This document shows, one piece after another, positions 1 through 12,900 of a stretch of DNA of 64,000 nt. The notes under the pieces were generated by a model. It made no database searches. It saw only the letters and a program-made list of their open reading frames with translations, and was not told where the DNA came from. Numbering within the stretch: position 1 is the stretch's first letter; each line of letters begins with the position of its first letter. This DNA comes from Macrostomum lignano (lineage: Eukaryota). Position numbers and translations under genes: made by a program. Location: positions 1 to 64,000 of the forward strand of contig NIVC01000347.1 of the NCBI GenBank assembly GCA_002269645.1. Reading direction: 5' to 3'.

Positions 1-796
1 ATTCTTTGCTTAAACTTTCTATGCCATACTGAATGCAGCTTAACTAATCTATTATTTTATTATACAGATTTATAAGTAGAATTTGCGTGAAACTTCGTTT
101 TTTCAGGACGCACGCCGCCCATAAATTTTACATTGATGACTCATTCTAAAGCCTGAAAAGTGTTGCAATTCAAAATGCGCGGCCGAGACAAATAGACAAA
201 GCTTATGGGAAGCCAACTCGACTTAATTGAAGGAGAAATTCATTGTATAGAGGAAACCGGCGATTCTGTTTCTGTCAATAATTCACAAGTCCCGGGAAAG
301 CGGAGGGTATAGTTCCTGCATTACGATAAGTCTTCCTAACTCATGAAATTGGCATCGCTGAATGGCTATTGAAGAGACCACTTTTTCATCAACTTTCTCG
401 CTGAAGTGGCCGCCGCGGAGAGGACGCTGGAAGGAGAAATCCAACGGTAAATTCTTTGTAGAGTCAACAAAGGCGAAATTCACATGTAGATATTTGAGCC
501 TGTCATGTCAGTAGAAGCAGATACTTCCCGAGAAAATTCGATTTCCTGTTAGAAAACAACGTCATCAGAAGTAGTATTATCTGAGAGCAAACACGGGAAA
601 TACAGTGAAATCAAGTGTGAGTTTGTTAGGCCGATTCCGTAACCATGCCAACATGACGAACAGCCAATAGAATTGTCGCTACATTCCCCCTCCCATACCA
701 CATGTAAGGGGAAGCTCAGTGCCAATAAAATATGATGGGGCTAAGGCGGACTCTCAGTCCATCGCGTCAATATTCTGTTTCAACCCTTGTTAGAAA

Positions 797-2900
797 ATGC
801 ATCGCTACCCACGAATTACAAAGCTATGTCTACCGATTGCCATGCTAATGACATGCTGGTGCCGGCTGTCTTCTGCTCTCGGCTTCCAAACGGACAGTCT
901 GACATTCCAACGCACTTCGCTCTGCCCCACCGACGCTGCAGTGATTGCGGCGTCCAACGTTGGAAGCAACGCTGAGTGCTCGGTGCACTGCAGCCTGCAG
1001 CCGCTTTGTGACGCCTTTTACTTTGATCGGGCACTCGGCTGTGCTACACTGGCGACTCCTGCTCGACAGTGGAACAATGGACGTCTGGAAGCTGCGACAC
1101 TTATCAGCATACGGGTGCTTCTAGTAAGTGGCTAGCACGAATGAATCTGCCAAGGAACACTATTTTCTCTGCAAAAAAGCGACACTGACTCTTGCAGTTT
1201 GGTCCAATCAATATTCTTGATTCACACAAAACTTCAAGACAAGGTTGTTTCAGCAAGCCAACTTGTGTGAAAAGATGCTCAGAAACTCGTTTATCCGTTG
1301 TTTGTGTGTCAATTTAAACATGGAGAAGACTAAAGTTATACAAGATTTGATGTGGGCAGGGCAGTGTCGCTTCTTGGTCAGCGAAAGAAACCCAGACGAT
1401 ACTCTGACTCTACACTTCTCCCACGTTAAGGATAGAGTCATTGTCGTAACGTACCTTGCCTATTTTTCAGAAAACGCTGGTCTACTGAGCCAGCTGCAGA
1501 TGAAAATGTTTTACCGATTCACGCACAGCGGCTTACTGAACGAGGTGAATCCAAGGCAGTATTGCCTCACCGCTCGCAACGTGAACCTTGGGACCGACGG
1601 TGCCCAGCTGATGGGGCACAATGATTCCTATCTGATTGCTAAGACGCCTGGCCTTGAGCACGATTTGGACTTTAATAGAAATTATTCATTCTACATGCTA
1701 GCTAGGCATAACATGACGAGCGGGTGAGACAATATTTCAACACTTTCTTGACAATCTTTAATTGGCTAGAGATCAATTAGGATACAGATAAAGTGTATAG
1801 ATAAGTGGAGAAGAGAATAAGGATCTGGAGGACTGAGGCAGGGAGTGAGGGGGGGGCTGGTGCAGAGAGTGAGGAGGGGGCTGGGCAGGGAGTGGGGAGG
1901 GGGACTGGGGCAGGGAGTGAGGAGGGGGCTGGGCAGGGAGTGAGGAGGGGGACTGGGGCAGGGAGTGAGGAGGGGGCTGGGCAGGGAGTGAGAGGGGGAC
2001 TGGGGCAGGGGAGTGAGGAGGGGGACTGGGGCAGGGGAGTGAGGAGGGGGACTAGGACATGAAGTAGAGTGGGGTACTGGGGCAGGGAGGGAGGTACATG
2101 TAGGGGACTGGGGCAGGGAGGTAGGGGACTGGGACAGGGAGTGAGGAGGGGAATGTGGTAGGGAGTGAGGTTGGGGGCTGGGGGAGGGAGTGAGGTGGGG
2201 CTGGTGTAGAGAGTGAGGTGGGGCTGGGCAGGGAGTGAGGAGGGGACTGGAGCAAGAAGTGAGGTTGGGGACTAGGACAAGAAGTAGGGTGTGGTACTGG
2301 GGCAGGGAGGGAGGAAGGGGACTAGGGCAAGAGGTGAGTTGGGGACTGGGGCAGAGTGACATGGGGGCTGGGGCAGGGAGGGATAAGATAGGGGACTTAG
2401 GGCAGAGAGTGAGGAGGGGTTATGGTGTAACAATTGTTCATAGAAAAAATCTGACGAGTGACTAAACTTTCAGCTACAATTTCTACCACCGGATTCAACA
2501 ATGCGACGGAACCCAATCGGCTAGTACTTGGGCAAAATATAGCCGTTCATTGTACGCCTATTTTCATTGGATGAACGGATATTTCCAGTATCAACGTTGG
2601 TCAGCTTACAACCTGTTTACTAACGATGACTCAACCAGTTTAATCTCAGTTGGCTATTCGTTCGCCGCCAACGCCGAAAGTGTGAAATTTTATTTTAACG
2701 GAAGCATCACGTACGCGGAGCCAACGCAAAATGGAAGCATTGGGAGCGCTGCTGCGAGTCGCTTCGGGTGTCTGCGACTAGGCTATAGCCTGGAAGATGA
2801 TAGGAGTTTCAAGGGCACAATCCGCTGCTACGGTATGAGCAGTCGTAGCCTCACCGGACTGGAGTTCCAGCAGCTGCAGGACTACTGCTCGATGGGCTAA
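797..2900 (+). CDS. Secreted PAN/apple-domain + concanavalin A-like (LamG/pentraxin-like) protein, 3 exons, ~370 aa
   Basis: Exons 797-1123, ~1365-1723 (alternative acceptor 1254) and 2474-2900. GT-AG junctions are phase-consistent (0, then 2). Features: hydrophobic N-terminus (LCLPIAMLMTCWCRLSSA); PAN pattern C..HC...P.CDAFYF....C; C-terminal FYFNG...LG......FKGTI....SRSL...E.QQL..YC typical of the LamG/pentraxin fold. Confidence 0.7.
1822..2420 (+). repeat. G-rich degenerate minisatellite in intron 2 of the PAN gene
   Basis: Repeated GGGG(A/G)CTGGG(G)CAGGGAGTGAGGA units. ORFs 1766..2362 and 1805..2062 are its shadows. Confidence 0.9.
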
Positions 2901-5900
2901 GCCAAGGACACCTAATTGATCAAGATTAAGAGTTCGAAACATACAGAAACCAGTGGAATAAATTAAAGGAATAGACATGGGTGATACTACTAGGGCTGTT
3001 CCAAAAGTAGTAGTGTTACTTTTCATTATAACTCTTGTGCTAATGATCCAAATAACATCATTTCGCAAAATTTTATAGCGGCAACTCGATCTTCGTGGTT
3101 ATAACTTTAACATCTTCAAAAACAAACAATGGAAATAAAAGTTATGAACTAAAATGTAGCAAGAGTCCGACTATATAGACTTACAGTAAGTAAACAATCT
3201 AGCGGAACGTAGCAAAAGTACTTTTGATTGAATGCACTCAATGCACTCAAACTTCTTTGTTAGGCTGCTGTAACACAGAGATATCTATGGAAAAAACTCG
3301 AAGAAACATACAACGTTTAAGGCAGTGGAATATTTCCCATTGGGCTTCAGCTTCACTGCTTTTTGTTCCCTTCTTTTGTTGCGCCAAAAATCATGGATGT
3401 GCATTCAAGTGTTGCTTTGAGGAGTGTGGTTTACATCCTATAGGATGATGGGGCACAGTGCAGCCGAGATTCATGCTCAACTTTCATCGGCTCATTGGTT
3501 TAGTGCAGTCATTTACCGCAGTCATGCATTTTATAGCATTTACTTCAGCCAGTTACCTTTTTTGTCAGCTACTACTTCGAAATGTTGACTCACCGTACAA
3601 TAAATGTAGCTCCTGCTACATTTTTGTTCATAATTTTTGTTTTCATTGTTTTTTTAAGATTTCAAGTTATTATCTAGAAAATAGAAATGCCGCTCTAAAT
3701 TTGTGCAAAACGATGTTTTTTGGATCATTAGAACGAGAGATATAATCAAAGTAACACTACCTTTGGAGGAGACCTCGTACAAGGGGCAGGTAGCTAGCTA
3801 TACTGTTTGAAATACATGTAAAATTGCTATCTATGGGATATTGAGTCGATTAAAATAAATTAGATACGTAGTTTTTATTGAATCGATTTCAATTGCACAA
3901 TATAACTTAGACACTGGACGAGCTAGATAAAATAGATTCACAATTGCATCAAGTATATCGAAGTCGCTTTGAGTCGAATAGCTTAAGAATTGAAGTCGAG
4001 TAGTATAGAATAGATAAAAAGCTCGTATTTAATTTTAGTAGTAGTTATTACTGATGAACAGATTTAAAATAACATTCGAGTACATATTGAACAGATGGAT
4101 ATTAAATGAATCAAAATCGTCCAGGATTATCGAATGCAGCAAGATCAATTAACTTTTTGAAATACTTCTCTTTACGCTAAAATGGTTCATAGTCGGCATC
4201 TTTCTATAAAGTTTTTAGACTAAGTGTCCAAAAACGTGTCAATTTATTAATTTTTTCGGATGTTGTAATTCCCGGACTATTATTTTTGATTTAGTCGTCG
4301 AAGTCATGTTTATTTTTTACCTTATACTATCAGTGGCAGGTGTTGCAGCATACTTCAGATATGGCTTTTTTCTCTCACTTCCTGAAGTCACTTTTGAATA
4401 TTGATTGTGCCTTAAGGACAGTTTAATTCAGTTGGAAAATAAAAAGCTAACCAAATGCGCACATCATGTTTATATAGTGAGATGAAAAGCGTGCATATCG
4501 CACTTATTTTACAAGCCCTATTCTTCGAAAATTGTAGAATTCGACTTATCCTGTGGTAGTTTTAGTTTTTTCTTTAGCTCATTCTTAATTAATATTAAAT
4601 TAACATATTATAATATACATAGCTATAATACGATAATCCAAAACTTTTATCAGCTGACAATTTACTTTTTCTCTAAATTTTAGTTTAAAACATTGTCGAA
4701 AAGTATATTGAAGTATCCTTTGCTTAATGGTTTTTACATTTTTGCCTTTAAAATTATCAAGAAACAACCAAATTCTCCGGCTTCTTCTATCTTGGCTAAA
4801 AACGTTTAAATTTGTCCAAGTTTTTTTTTACTGTTTTTAGGCGAAATTGTGCATCATCGCTGATACTGTTTATTGTATTCATCAATTGATAACTTTTAAT
4901 AACTCTCGAGTATGAAAAGTTTGTTTTGCGAAATGTCACGTTTTCTCGTAACTTTATTAGTGAGCTGATCAAAGATATTTCCAATACACGATTTCTTGCA
5001 TACCAATGCCGGATATTCACTACTCATAAATAAATAAATGAAATAACTGACTATTTAACTATCTAACAAATGATATCTGTTAAAAATATATCATCTTACT
5101 TTGAAATTCTTTTTTAAAATGAAAGCAGGAAAAGCGTAAGTTAAAAGCCGATTAGCTACTTTTTCTAACGTACGCCCGTATTTTATGGGGGGTTTCTGAT
5201 ATGCCAATTATTACTCATGACGGGATTGCTGAAATGCTGTGGCTTATGAAAAAGGCGGAGGGTTGCTGAGATACCAAAGGTCAATTGAAAGTTGTTGGTA
5301 TGTCAAGCCAAAGGTACATGCACATGTCAGATCAAAGTGAGATCTTAGTGCTAAGGCCATACATATAAAACCCATACGTAAGCGTTTTGTATGTTTCGAC
5401 AAAACTATTTTAAACAAATTGCTTTTCTGATGCAATTTTATACTACTGCATTACTGCATTATTACGTAATAACATTTAGATCATTCTTCGCCCAGAGGCT
5501 CGAATTTACCAGCCGCCAATTTACCGCTCGACCTGCAACTGCATAGAAATAAAGAAACAAAAGCTATCATAAGAACAAGTCTCCGTTTTTCGGGCAACAG
5601 CACCGGTCGCACGTGACCGTGAGGTGCAAATCAAAGCGAACGGCGGCGCTCATTTTCAAAAACAACATTCTCGTAGACGCTGAAACTTTATCAGTGATCT
5701 GTCTAGAATGACTAGAAGACACTGTGACAAGTAGCACATACGGCACACACACGACACGCAATAAGATATGACTGTGTCATTTTCAAATAGAAGGAGCCTG
5801 CTACTTTGTAAAAAAGTAAATACGTAGTTTTGGCTATCTAATTTAGGAAAAACCTAAAAAAAGACAGAGGGGCAAGCAGTTTAATAGTAAATAAAAGTAA

Positions 5901-6944
5901 TCTATTTTATTGCCTATAAAAAGAACCAATGAAGCGTTTTAACGCACCCATTAAATTGGTGAGGAAGAAAAAGAAAAAATAAAATTTGAAGAAAAACAAA
6001 TTGATTCTCGTTTTTTTGTAATTAAAAAGGCAGAAAGAAAAATTCATACAGTTAAAAATAAAAAAACACGACTTTGGATTCGAAAAGTAGATTCGCAGTT
6101 TTCTTAAATACAAAGGTTTTAACAAAAAAACCGTGGCTTACGTGAATCAGAAAAAAACAAACTGAAACTTCCAAATTGAGCAGAGCAAGAATCATTGACG
6201 GACTTCAACGGGAGACTATGGGGAGATTTTTGGGTAAAAAAGAAACAGCCTATTTATAAGAAGTTGCTTGGAAACCGTTTTAAGAGAGGGCTTGATAACG
6301 ATTCTAAAAAATAGATTGGTTGGTGACCCAAAGAACGGCCTATAAAAGATTTCAGGGCTGAGGAACAATTCTAAGAAACGGGCTTGGTAACGATTCTAAG
6401 AAACTGATTATCGCTTCTGAGTAACTGATACTCCATTCTGGGAAACTGATTCTCCCATTGAAAAGGGGTTTAATATATTTCGGGGGGGGGGGTAATTAAC
6501 TAATAGCCTAAAGGTTGATTAACGTAAATATAGGTAAATAAACGTTACTTGACGTGACTTTACTTTACGGACGGTAAATTTACGTTAATTTGCAAGTTTG
6601 TTAACGTACAAAGTGTTCACGTTAATCAACGTGAACTCGCTCTTTCGAAAGTTAAACTATGGTAAATTAACGAACCAAAAGTTACTTTTCGTTTATTCAC
6701 TTTCAAGATTAACCCTTATTTTTAACGGGCTAAATTCTAAGAAACTGATTCTCGATTTCGAGAACGGCTTGACAAAGATTCAAGGACAGGGATTATTAAT
6801 GATTCCAAGAAGCCTGTTGATACGATTTTAAGACACCTCTTGGTGGCAAATCCCAAGTACACATCTTGGGAAAGATTCTAAGACAAAGCTGAACTAAATC
6901 AAGTATGCTATTGTTAGCGTGAGCATCCCAAACTGACTCAATAT

Positions 6945-9900
6945 TCAACGCGCGTTAGGGAAGGCTCGACGAAAGCGCGCTTTGTACTCGAATGCCACCT
7001 GTTTGAAGGCGCAGACCACCGGATCGTCGGATCAGCGGCCAGCTGAGTCAGCAAATTCGCCACGGCCCTGCAGGCCAGTGAGAAGTCTTTGAGCAAGTCG
7101 AATAAGTCGCCCTCCCGAATTCCATTATCGCGAACAATCGAAGCCCGACTGCAGTGAGTGAAAAAGTCCAAAGCGTAAGCGTTTAACAGTCGCTTCGTAG
7201 GCAGCAGCGGAATCAAATTGGCATCGGTGACGATCTCCAATGGCAGCAGGCGACGCAACTGTTCCGAGCTGTTATTACCGCTGTTCAATAGCACGCGACG
7301 AAGTGCTTCGTTAGAGTCAGGAGTGGTGGGACCCCAGGATAGCCGAGCCAGAGGAGCCACCGCTGACACTTGGAGCTGGCGATCGCTGCTAGGCACAATG
7401 GGAGCGGATTGGCTGAACGGCAGAGCGGTAGAGAATTTCAGCAGGCCAGAATCGGCAGTGCAGCGCAGGTAGTTGGTGTAAGTCACAGCTGTGGCCGAGT
7501 TGTAGTCACGGACTGCCGATTCAATATCGTTTGGCAGCGGCTTCAGAAGCACCTTGGAGTTCTCGGTTGGCCTAGAAATCAGTAGAGATGGTAGTGTACT
7601 CAGGCACGCACTCACACACACGCTCACATAGGGTGTACAGCGGCAAGCGGCCTTGGGGGGACTAGTCCTCATGGGTGTGAATCGCTCGTCAACCCCAAGG
7701 CTAATTTTCGAGAACAAGCCCTAAAATCAATGTTTGAGTATGGAAATGAGCCAGAGGTCGTAGCGCGGGGCGAGAGTAGGTGAAATAGATGTTTAAGATA
7801 AAGTTCCTAACAGTATCATTACTTTTTTGTCAGTGGTTTGCCAATCAGAACCTATGATTTTAGCGCAAAACTGCAGGATTTTTACCGGACATAATGCAGA
7901 GTTCCATCAGCCGTCCTTTTAACCAGATACCGGGGCAAGTCCACCTTAGTGAACAGGTGGCAGAGGATTCGAACCAATTTTCTCAACGTTTTGTCGGAGA
8001 ATTGCACTCGCAACGGCGGCAATTGAAGCTCAAAATCGTTGGCCGTGTGCTGCTGCCGGCCCCGGTTGTGGTTAGGGCGGCCGGAGTAGCAGCTGGCGCA
8101 CAGGCTGTAGTCAGACCAGCACTTGGTGCACTTGAATCTCTGACCAACTATCGGTTCATCAGTCTGACAGCCGACGCAATATAATTCGTAGTGAATTGGC
8201 GGCAGCTGATTGCTGGCTGGCTCGCACAGCTGGCGCAGAGCGGGAGTTCGTAGCAGATAGGTGAGCACGAAGTTGCCAGGCTGCAGGTAGCCCATGTGGC
8301 ACACTAGGCCGGCCAGGTCCTGGAGAATGGCCGAATGGTATACCCGTTTAAAATGTTGCCGTGACAAGAATCGCTAGTCATTGCAAACAACTCTTTAGTG
8401 ACTCTAGCGACTTGTGATTTTTTAAAGACTCAAACGACTGTAATGCTACGGAGAGGCGACTGCTGAGTTACGAAAGTCATCCAAGAGTCGTGATAGCGCT
8501 TAACTTTCTATTTAAGTAGACTAAACAGAACTGTAAATTCTAAATGCGATTCTAATTGATACATGCAAATTGACGCAGATTCCTTTTGACGGAACTCAGT
8601 GGTTCTAAAGTGACTCTAGCGCACAAACCTTAAGAATTGCAATAATTGCATATATTATTCATACTTCAAATAAAACGGTATGCAACTTGAAAAAAAGCTG
8701 GGTGGCCATTCGTACAACACTAGTAACACTATGAAACTCACCAGCGGAGCGCCCAACTCATTAATAAGATCCTGCCTGTACAGAAACTCCGCACTAAACA
8801 GAAAGAATAATCGTAATTGCTGCATCATATCCGGCCTCTGATGCGCAGCAAACGGATGCTCCAAAACCGTAGCCGCTTGATTGTGGGCCACCTCGGGATC
8901 TGTGGCATTCCCAGTCAGAAGCAACAGTCTGAGAACGAAAGCGCAGGTAAGCGGAAAGCCGCCCTTCAGTTCTGGCAGGTCGGCTTGGATCAGGTGAGCA
9001 ATCTTGGAGGCGGGCACGCCGTAGAACACAATGTTACCGATGTTGTCGAAGCCGCGTCGACCAGACCGACCGGCCATCTGGTGATAGTTGAGCGCATCCA
9101 AAAACTTGTCGTCGCTAGCGAATACGACAGTTTTACAGGGCATGTGAACGCCCAGAGCCAGGGTGGCGGTTGCTGTGACCACCTGCACGGGGCGGTGAGA
9201 CTCTTAAGTGAATCACTGGCTGCACGAAATAAAAGATGACACCAAGATTATTTTTGATTGGCCGACCGAATCGGGTAAAGAAACTTTCAGCGATCTGCTC
9301 TATTGAGTTTTAAAAAAGATCAAAAAGTTATTCCGTAAAAACCTCAAAGCTGAAATTCCTGTTGTCTTTCGCACCGAAAAGATCGCTAAGTTTAGATCAA
9401 ATCAGAAATCCAGTGTGCCCCGACCTCTCGCTGCAGGTTTTGTTTACAAATTTAATTGCTCTGATGACCAGAGCATTTCCTATATAGGAAAGACCAAACG
9501 ACACATGTACACGAGGATTAGAGAACATTGACTAAAAAACTCTGTCATTAATGAACATTTGCTCACCTGCAAGAGCTGCTGTGACACTGAACCACACGAA
9601 ATGATTGACTATAGAATTTTGTAAGAACGATAACAAACTTAGCTTATTAGACGCTATGCACATTAAGGCCTAATAACCTACTCTGAACAATCAGCTTGCC
9701 ATGTGGGGTGTTAGCCGTCAACTTTAACTTTTTTAGCTCGCTCAATAACCGGACAGGACAGCTGTTTTGATATGTTCCACGCCTTTCACCCAAACTTGTG
9801 TACCCAGTTTTGTACTTCATTTTTACTCCTCTGTCAAATATTACAATTGTTCAAGTGTTCAAGACACTCTCTCCATGTCAGACCAGCCATGACAAGGTTT

Positions 9901-12900
9901 ATCAGCTTGACGAAAGTCGCCGGGGCATTTCTTAGACCGAAACTCACAAATCGCAAGTTGATATTTTGGATCTAGCGGGCACTGGTGATAGCCTGAAGCC
10001 AAGTCTAGAGTTGAAAAAATAGCATTTCCTGCAAGCGCCTCTAAAGTTTCATCCATTCGCGGCGGTGGAAATGGGTCAAGACTGTTTACTTTATTTAGTC
10101 GGCGATAATCCAGGCACAGCATGATGGATCCGTCCTTCTTCCGTACAGGCATGACTGAGCTGACCCACGAGGATTGACACTCCTACCGAAATCTATTAGC
10201 CTGTCGATTTCTTCATCGATTTCTGGCCTAATGTGCGGCGGGATGCGGCGTGGTGGTTCTCTAGTTGGCCTGGCGTCCCCGGGGTCTATGGTATGCATTG
10301 CCTGGTCAGTTGAACCCAGCTCGCTATAGTCCTTGGCAAAGACGTCTCTGTTCTGACGGTTCAACTTTATGAACGACACCTGCTGGTCCTCGGACAAGTC
10401 CGGCGAGTCACAACTGCCCAGATGCTCTACAGGATCCCAGTCTGTCGAGAGAGAACTGCTTAACTTGTGCCTTGGGTTCTTCATCAAGATTTGGTTGGCT
10501 GTCATGGATGGGCGAGAACCAGCTAATCTGCTTTCCTTTTGTCAGGACTACAGGTTCTACCGACACATTGGTGATCTTGAGAGGGACGGAACCGTCAGCA
10601 GAGGGCACAACTGACCTAGCTAGCATCACGTGGCCTTCAGTCTGGGAGTGGGTCTCTGCTATTCCTAAAAACCGAAATTCCTTCACTCCTCTCCGACTCA
10701 GCTTAGCTCGAATGATTTGAGACCGATTTGCAGGAACTGGTTCCGATTTTGAAATGACTATCCGGCAGAGAAGGGGTCACTCAGAAGACATACAAAAAGA
10801 AAAAGTTCCTTTCGAAGTGACGATCTGATAGTTAGCAAAATCTAACGTGGCTGATTGGGATCGGAAAAAATCTGCATTAAGGATGCAACGGTGCAGTATG
10901 TGTGAGACGACGACGAAGGTGTTGACGAAATCTATGCGAGCCAATGGAAAATTCCCCAACGCACTCCCCCAGCACATCTTTGACATCGCCATTTGCAACT
11001 TGAATACTCTTTCCTATGTAGCTTGGCTTCAACCGGCTCGGTTCGAGTTCCTCTTCCACGCGGCTTCACTTAGCAGGGAGATACTTCAGCCGGAATCTAG
11101 CAAGCATGCAATACTACTTGTTCTGCTTTCAAATATCACATCGACAAAACAAGTTCTGTACCTTGTGCGGGTTGGCTCGGTGCGCTGGGTTGGGCCTCTA
11201 CTGCTAATTCGGGTGGGTGCCTGGATGGCCCTGCCTCCAGGTCACCTGACCGTTTCCCGTCTGCTGCTGGTCTCTTTGCAGTTTGAAACACCTGGCCTGT
11301 TTGTGACCGGGCCGGTTGCAGTAATTGCAAACTATAGAGTTTCTGCATTGCTGGGTCGTGTGGGTGATCTCGAAACATGCAACGACCACACTGGACAGTT
11401 CTCTGAGCTGGTGCTGCAGCCAGCTCAGAGTCACGGCACGGCACGAGTGTTGTGATATAGGCCAGATCGCAACTCTAGTTATCTCAACGGACGAGCCCAG
11501 AGATGGCGTCAGTCAACTGGCCGGACTGACTTCGGACTCTGAGCGTGGGATCGCGCCAGGAGACTTGATCAGCTTGTCCCTACCGCACAAATTAAACCAA
11601 ACCAGTCCTTCGAATGAGAAAGACACGCGAGTCACTCTCTTTATCTTCACACGCAACAGCGATGGCGGCGGTAGGGGTGGCTTCTCTCAACTTCTGGCGA
11701 AAGTTCTGAGTAAAGACTGGCTTCTGAGTAAGTTCGGTTTTGGTTGTAATAGAGCTTGTAGCTGCGTCTAGATCGACACGAAAGGATGGCCTCCCCTACC
11801 GCCGCTCCTGCATACATTTATATTTACGCTAGCTGGTTAAGCCCTGGGGTATCGTATCGCTACCCTGGGGTATCGTATCGCTACCCTGGGGTATCGTATC
11901 GCTACCCTGGGGTATCGTATCGCTACCCTGGGGTATCGTATCGCTACCCTGGGGTATCGTATCGCTACCCTGGGGTATCGTATCGCTACCCCAGGCCCAG
12001 CTAGCCAAAATTACGAGTCTTAAAAGTTACAAAGCCCGCCGGGGTCGCGATTGGAAGGGGAGAGTACACAAACCGATTGGCTGGGCCGCCAGCCAATCGC
12101 AGGGCGAGCGAGGGGGCGCACTGGGGCGCAGCCAGCTAAAATCTGTTGGCTTATACAGACAGTGGGGTCGGTGCAACTGGGAGGGGGGTTTGACGCAGAC
12201 AGAATGGGGGTGTTGACGCCGACACGCGGCTGGGAGGGTTAGGAGTGCATTGCCGGGCACACTTGATCGAGAGTCAGAGATTGTCATGCTTCTTTTTTGG
12301 TCGATCCAACGCTTCGTAAGTTTTTATGCGTTTTATGTCTACTAATTAAAACTAAAAATTCAAGTGGAATGATATTTTGTCAACACGGCCACGTAAAAAC
12401 AGCTTAGTTTTTTTACACCGCATCGATTGAGTAATCAAATCAAAAGGCTAAATGTGCAGATCGAAGCAAAAATTATTATTCTAATTCTGGGCTCCCGAAT
12501 TATTTTTGATTTGATTTACGTCTAGATTTTTTAGTTAAGCTACCTCTATATGTTGACACTATAAAGCTAAACTTACATACATGTACAGTGCTAGCTTGCA
12601 CTCAGAGCCATGGATCAATCAAGCTGAAAAAATAAGCAAACAGCCTAAACTAACCTGCAAATGACCGTTGCGGAACAGCATCTCAACAGCTTGTCGGTGC
12701 TTTGCAGAACAACCGGCATGGTGATAGCAAACGCCAAATTCTATCATATTCGTCACATTCTCATTTAACGGCTTCAGTACTTCCTTAAGAAAAGATTCTT
12801 GTACGGCCTGCGGTTTAAAATAGGCGCAGGCCTGAATTTTGCTGCGCAGTTCTAGCCGATGTCTGTAGTAGGATTCCCGTTCGGCGGCATCGACCGGATT

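Noticed and set aside
283-483. 66-aa ORF and other short ORFs in 2900-6900 and 52100-56500
   Set aside because: No recognisable motifs, splice context or coding-like bias.
7572-7717. N-terminal part of ORF 6938..7717 as DDX60 coding sequence
   Set aside because: The strong upstream donor (CG|GTAAAA, 7885) is phase 2 and fits the acceptor at 7572-7573 (TTTCTAG|G), restoring the SKVLL..LP homology. This stretch is intron.
11486-11560. Possible PBS for the decayed Gypsy (GGGCTCGTCCG, tRNA-Pro-like, or TGGCGCGATCCC)
   Set aside because: Neither is positioned right after a CA LTR end, and the match to tRNA-Pro is partial.
11842-11988. Regular short repeats here and at 46107-48670 and 51180-51755 as possible CRISPR arrays
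   Set aside because: The units are head-to-tail with no unique spacers, there are no cas genes, and the context is eukaryotic introns.
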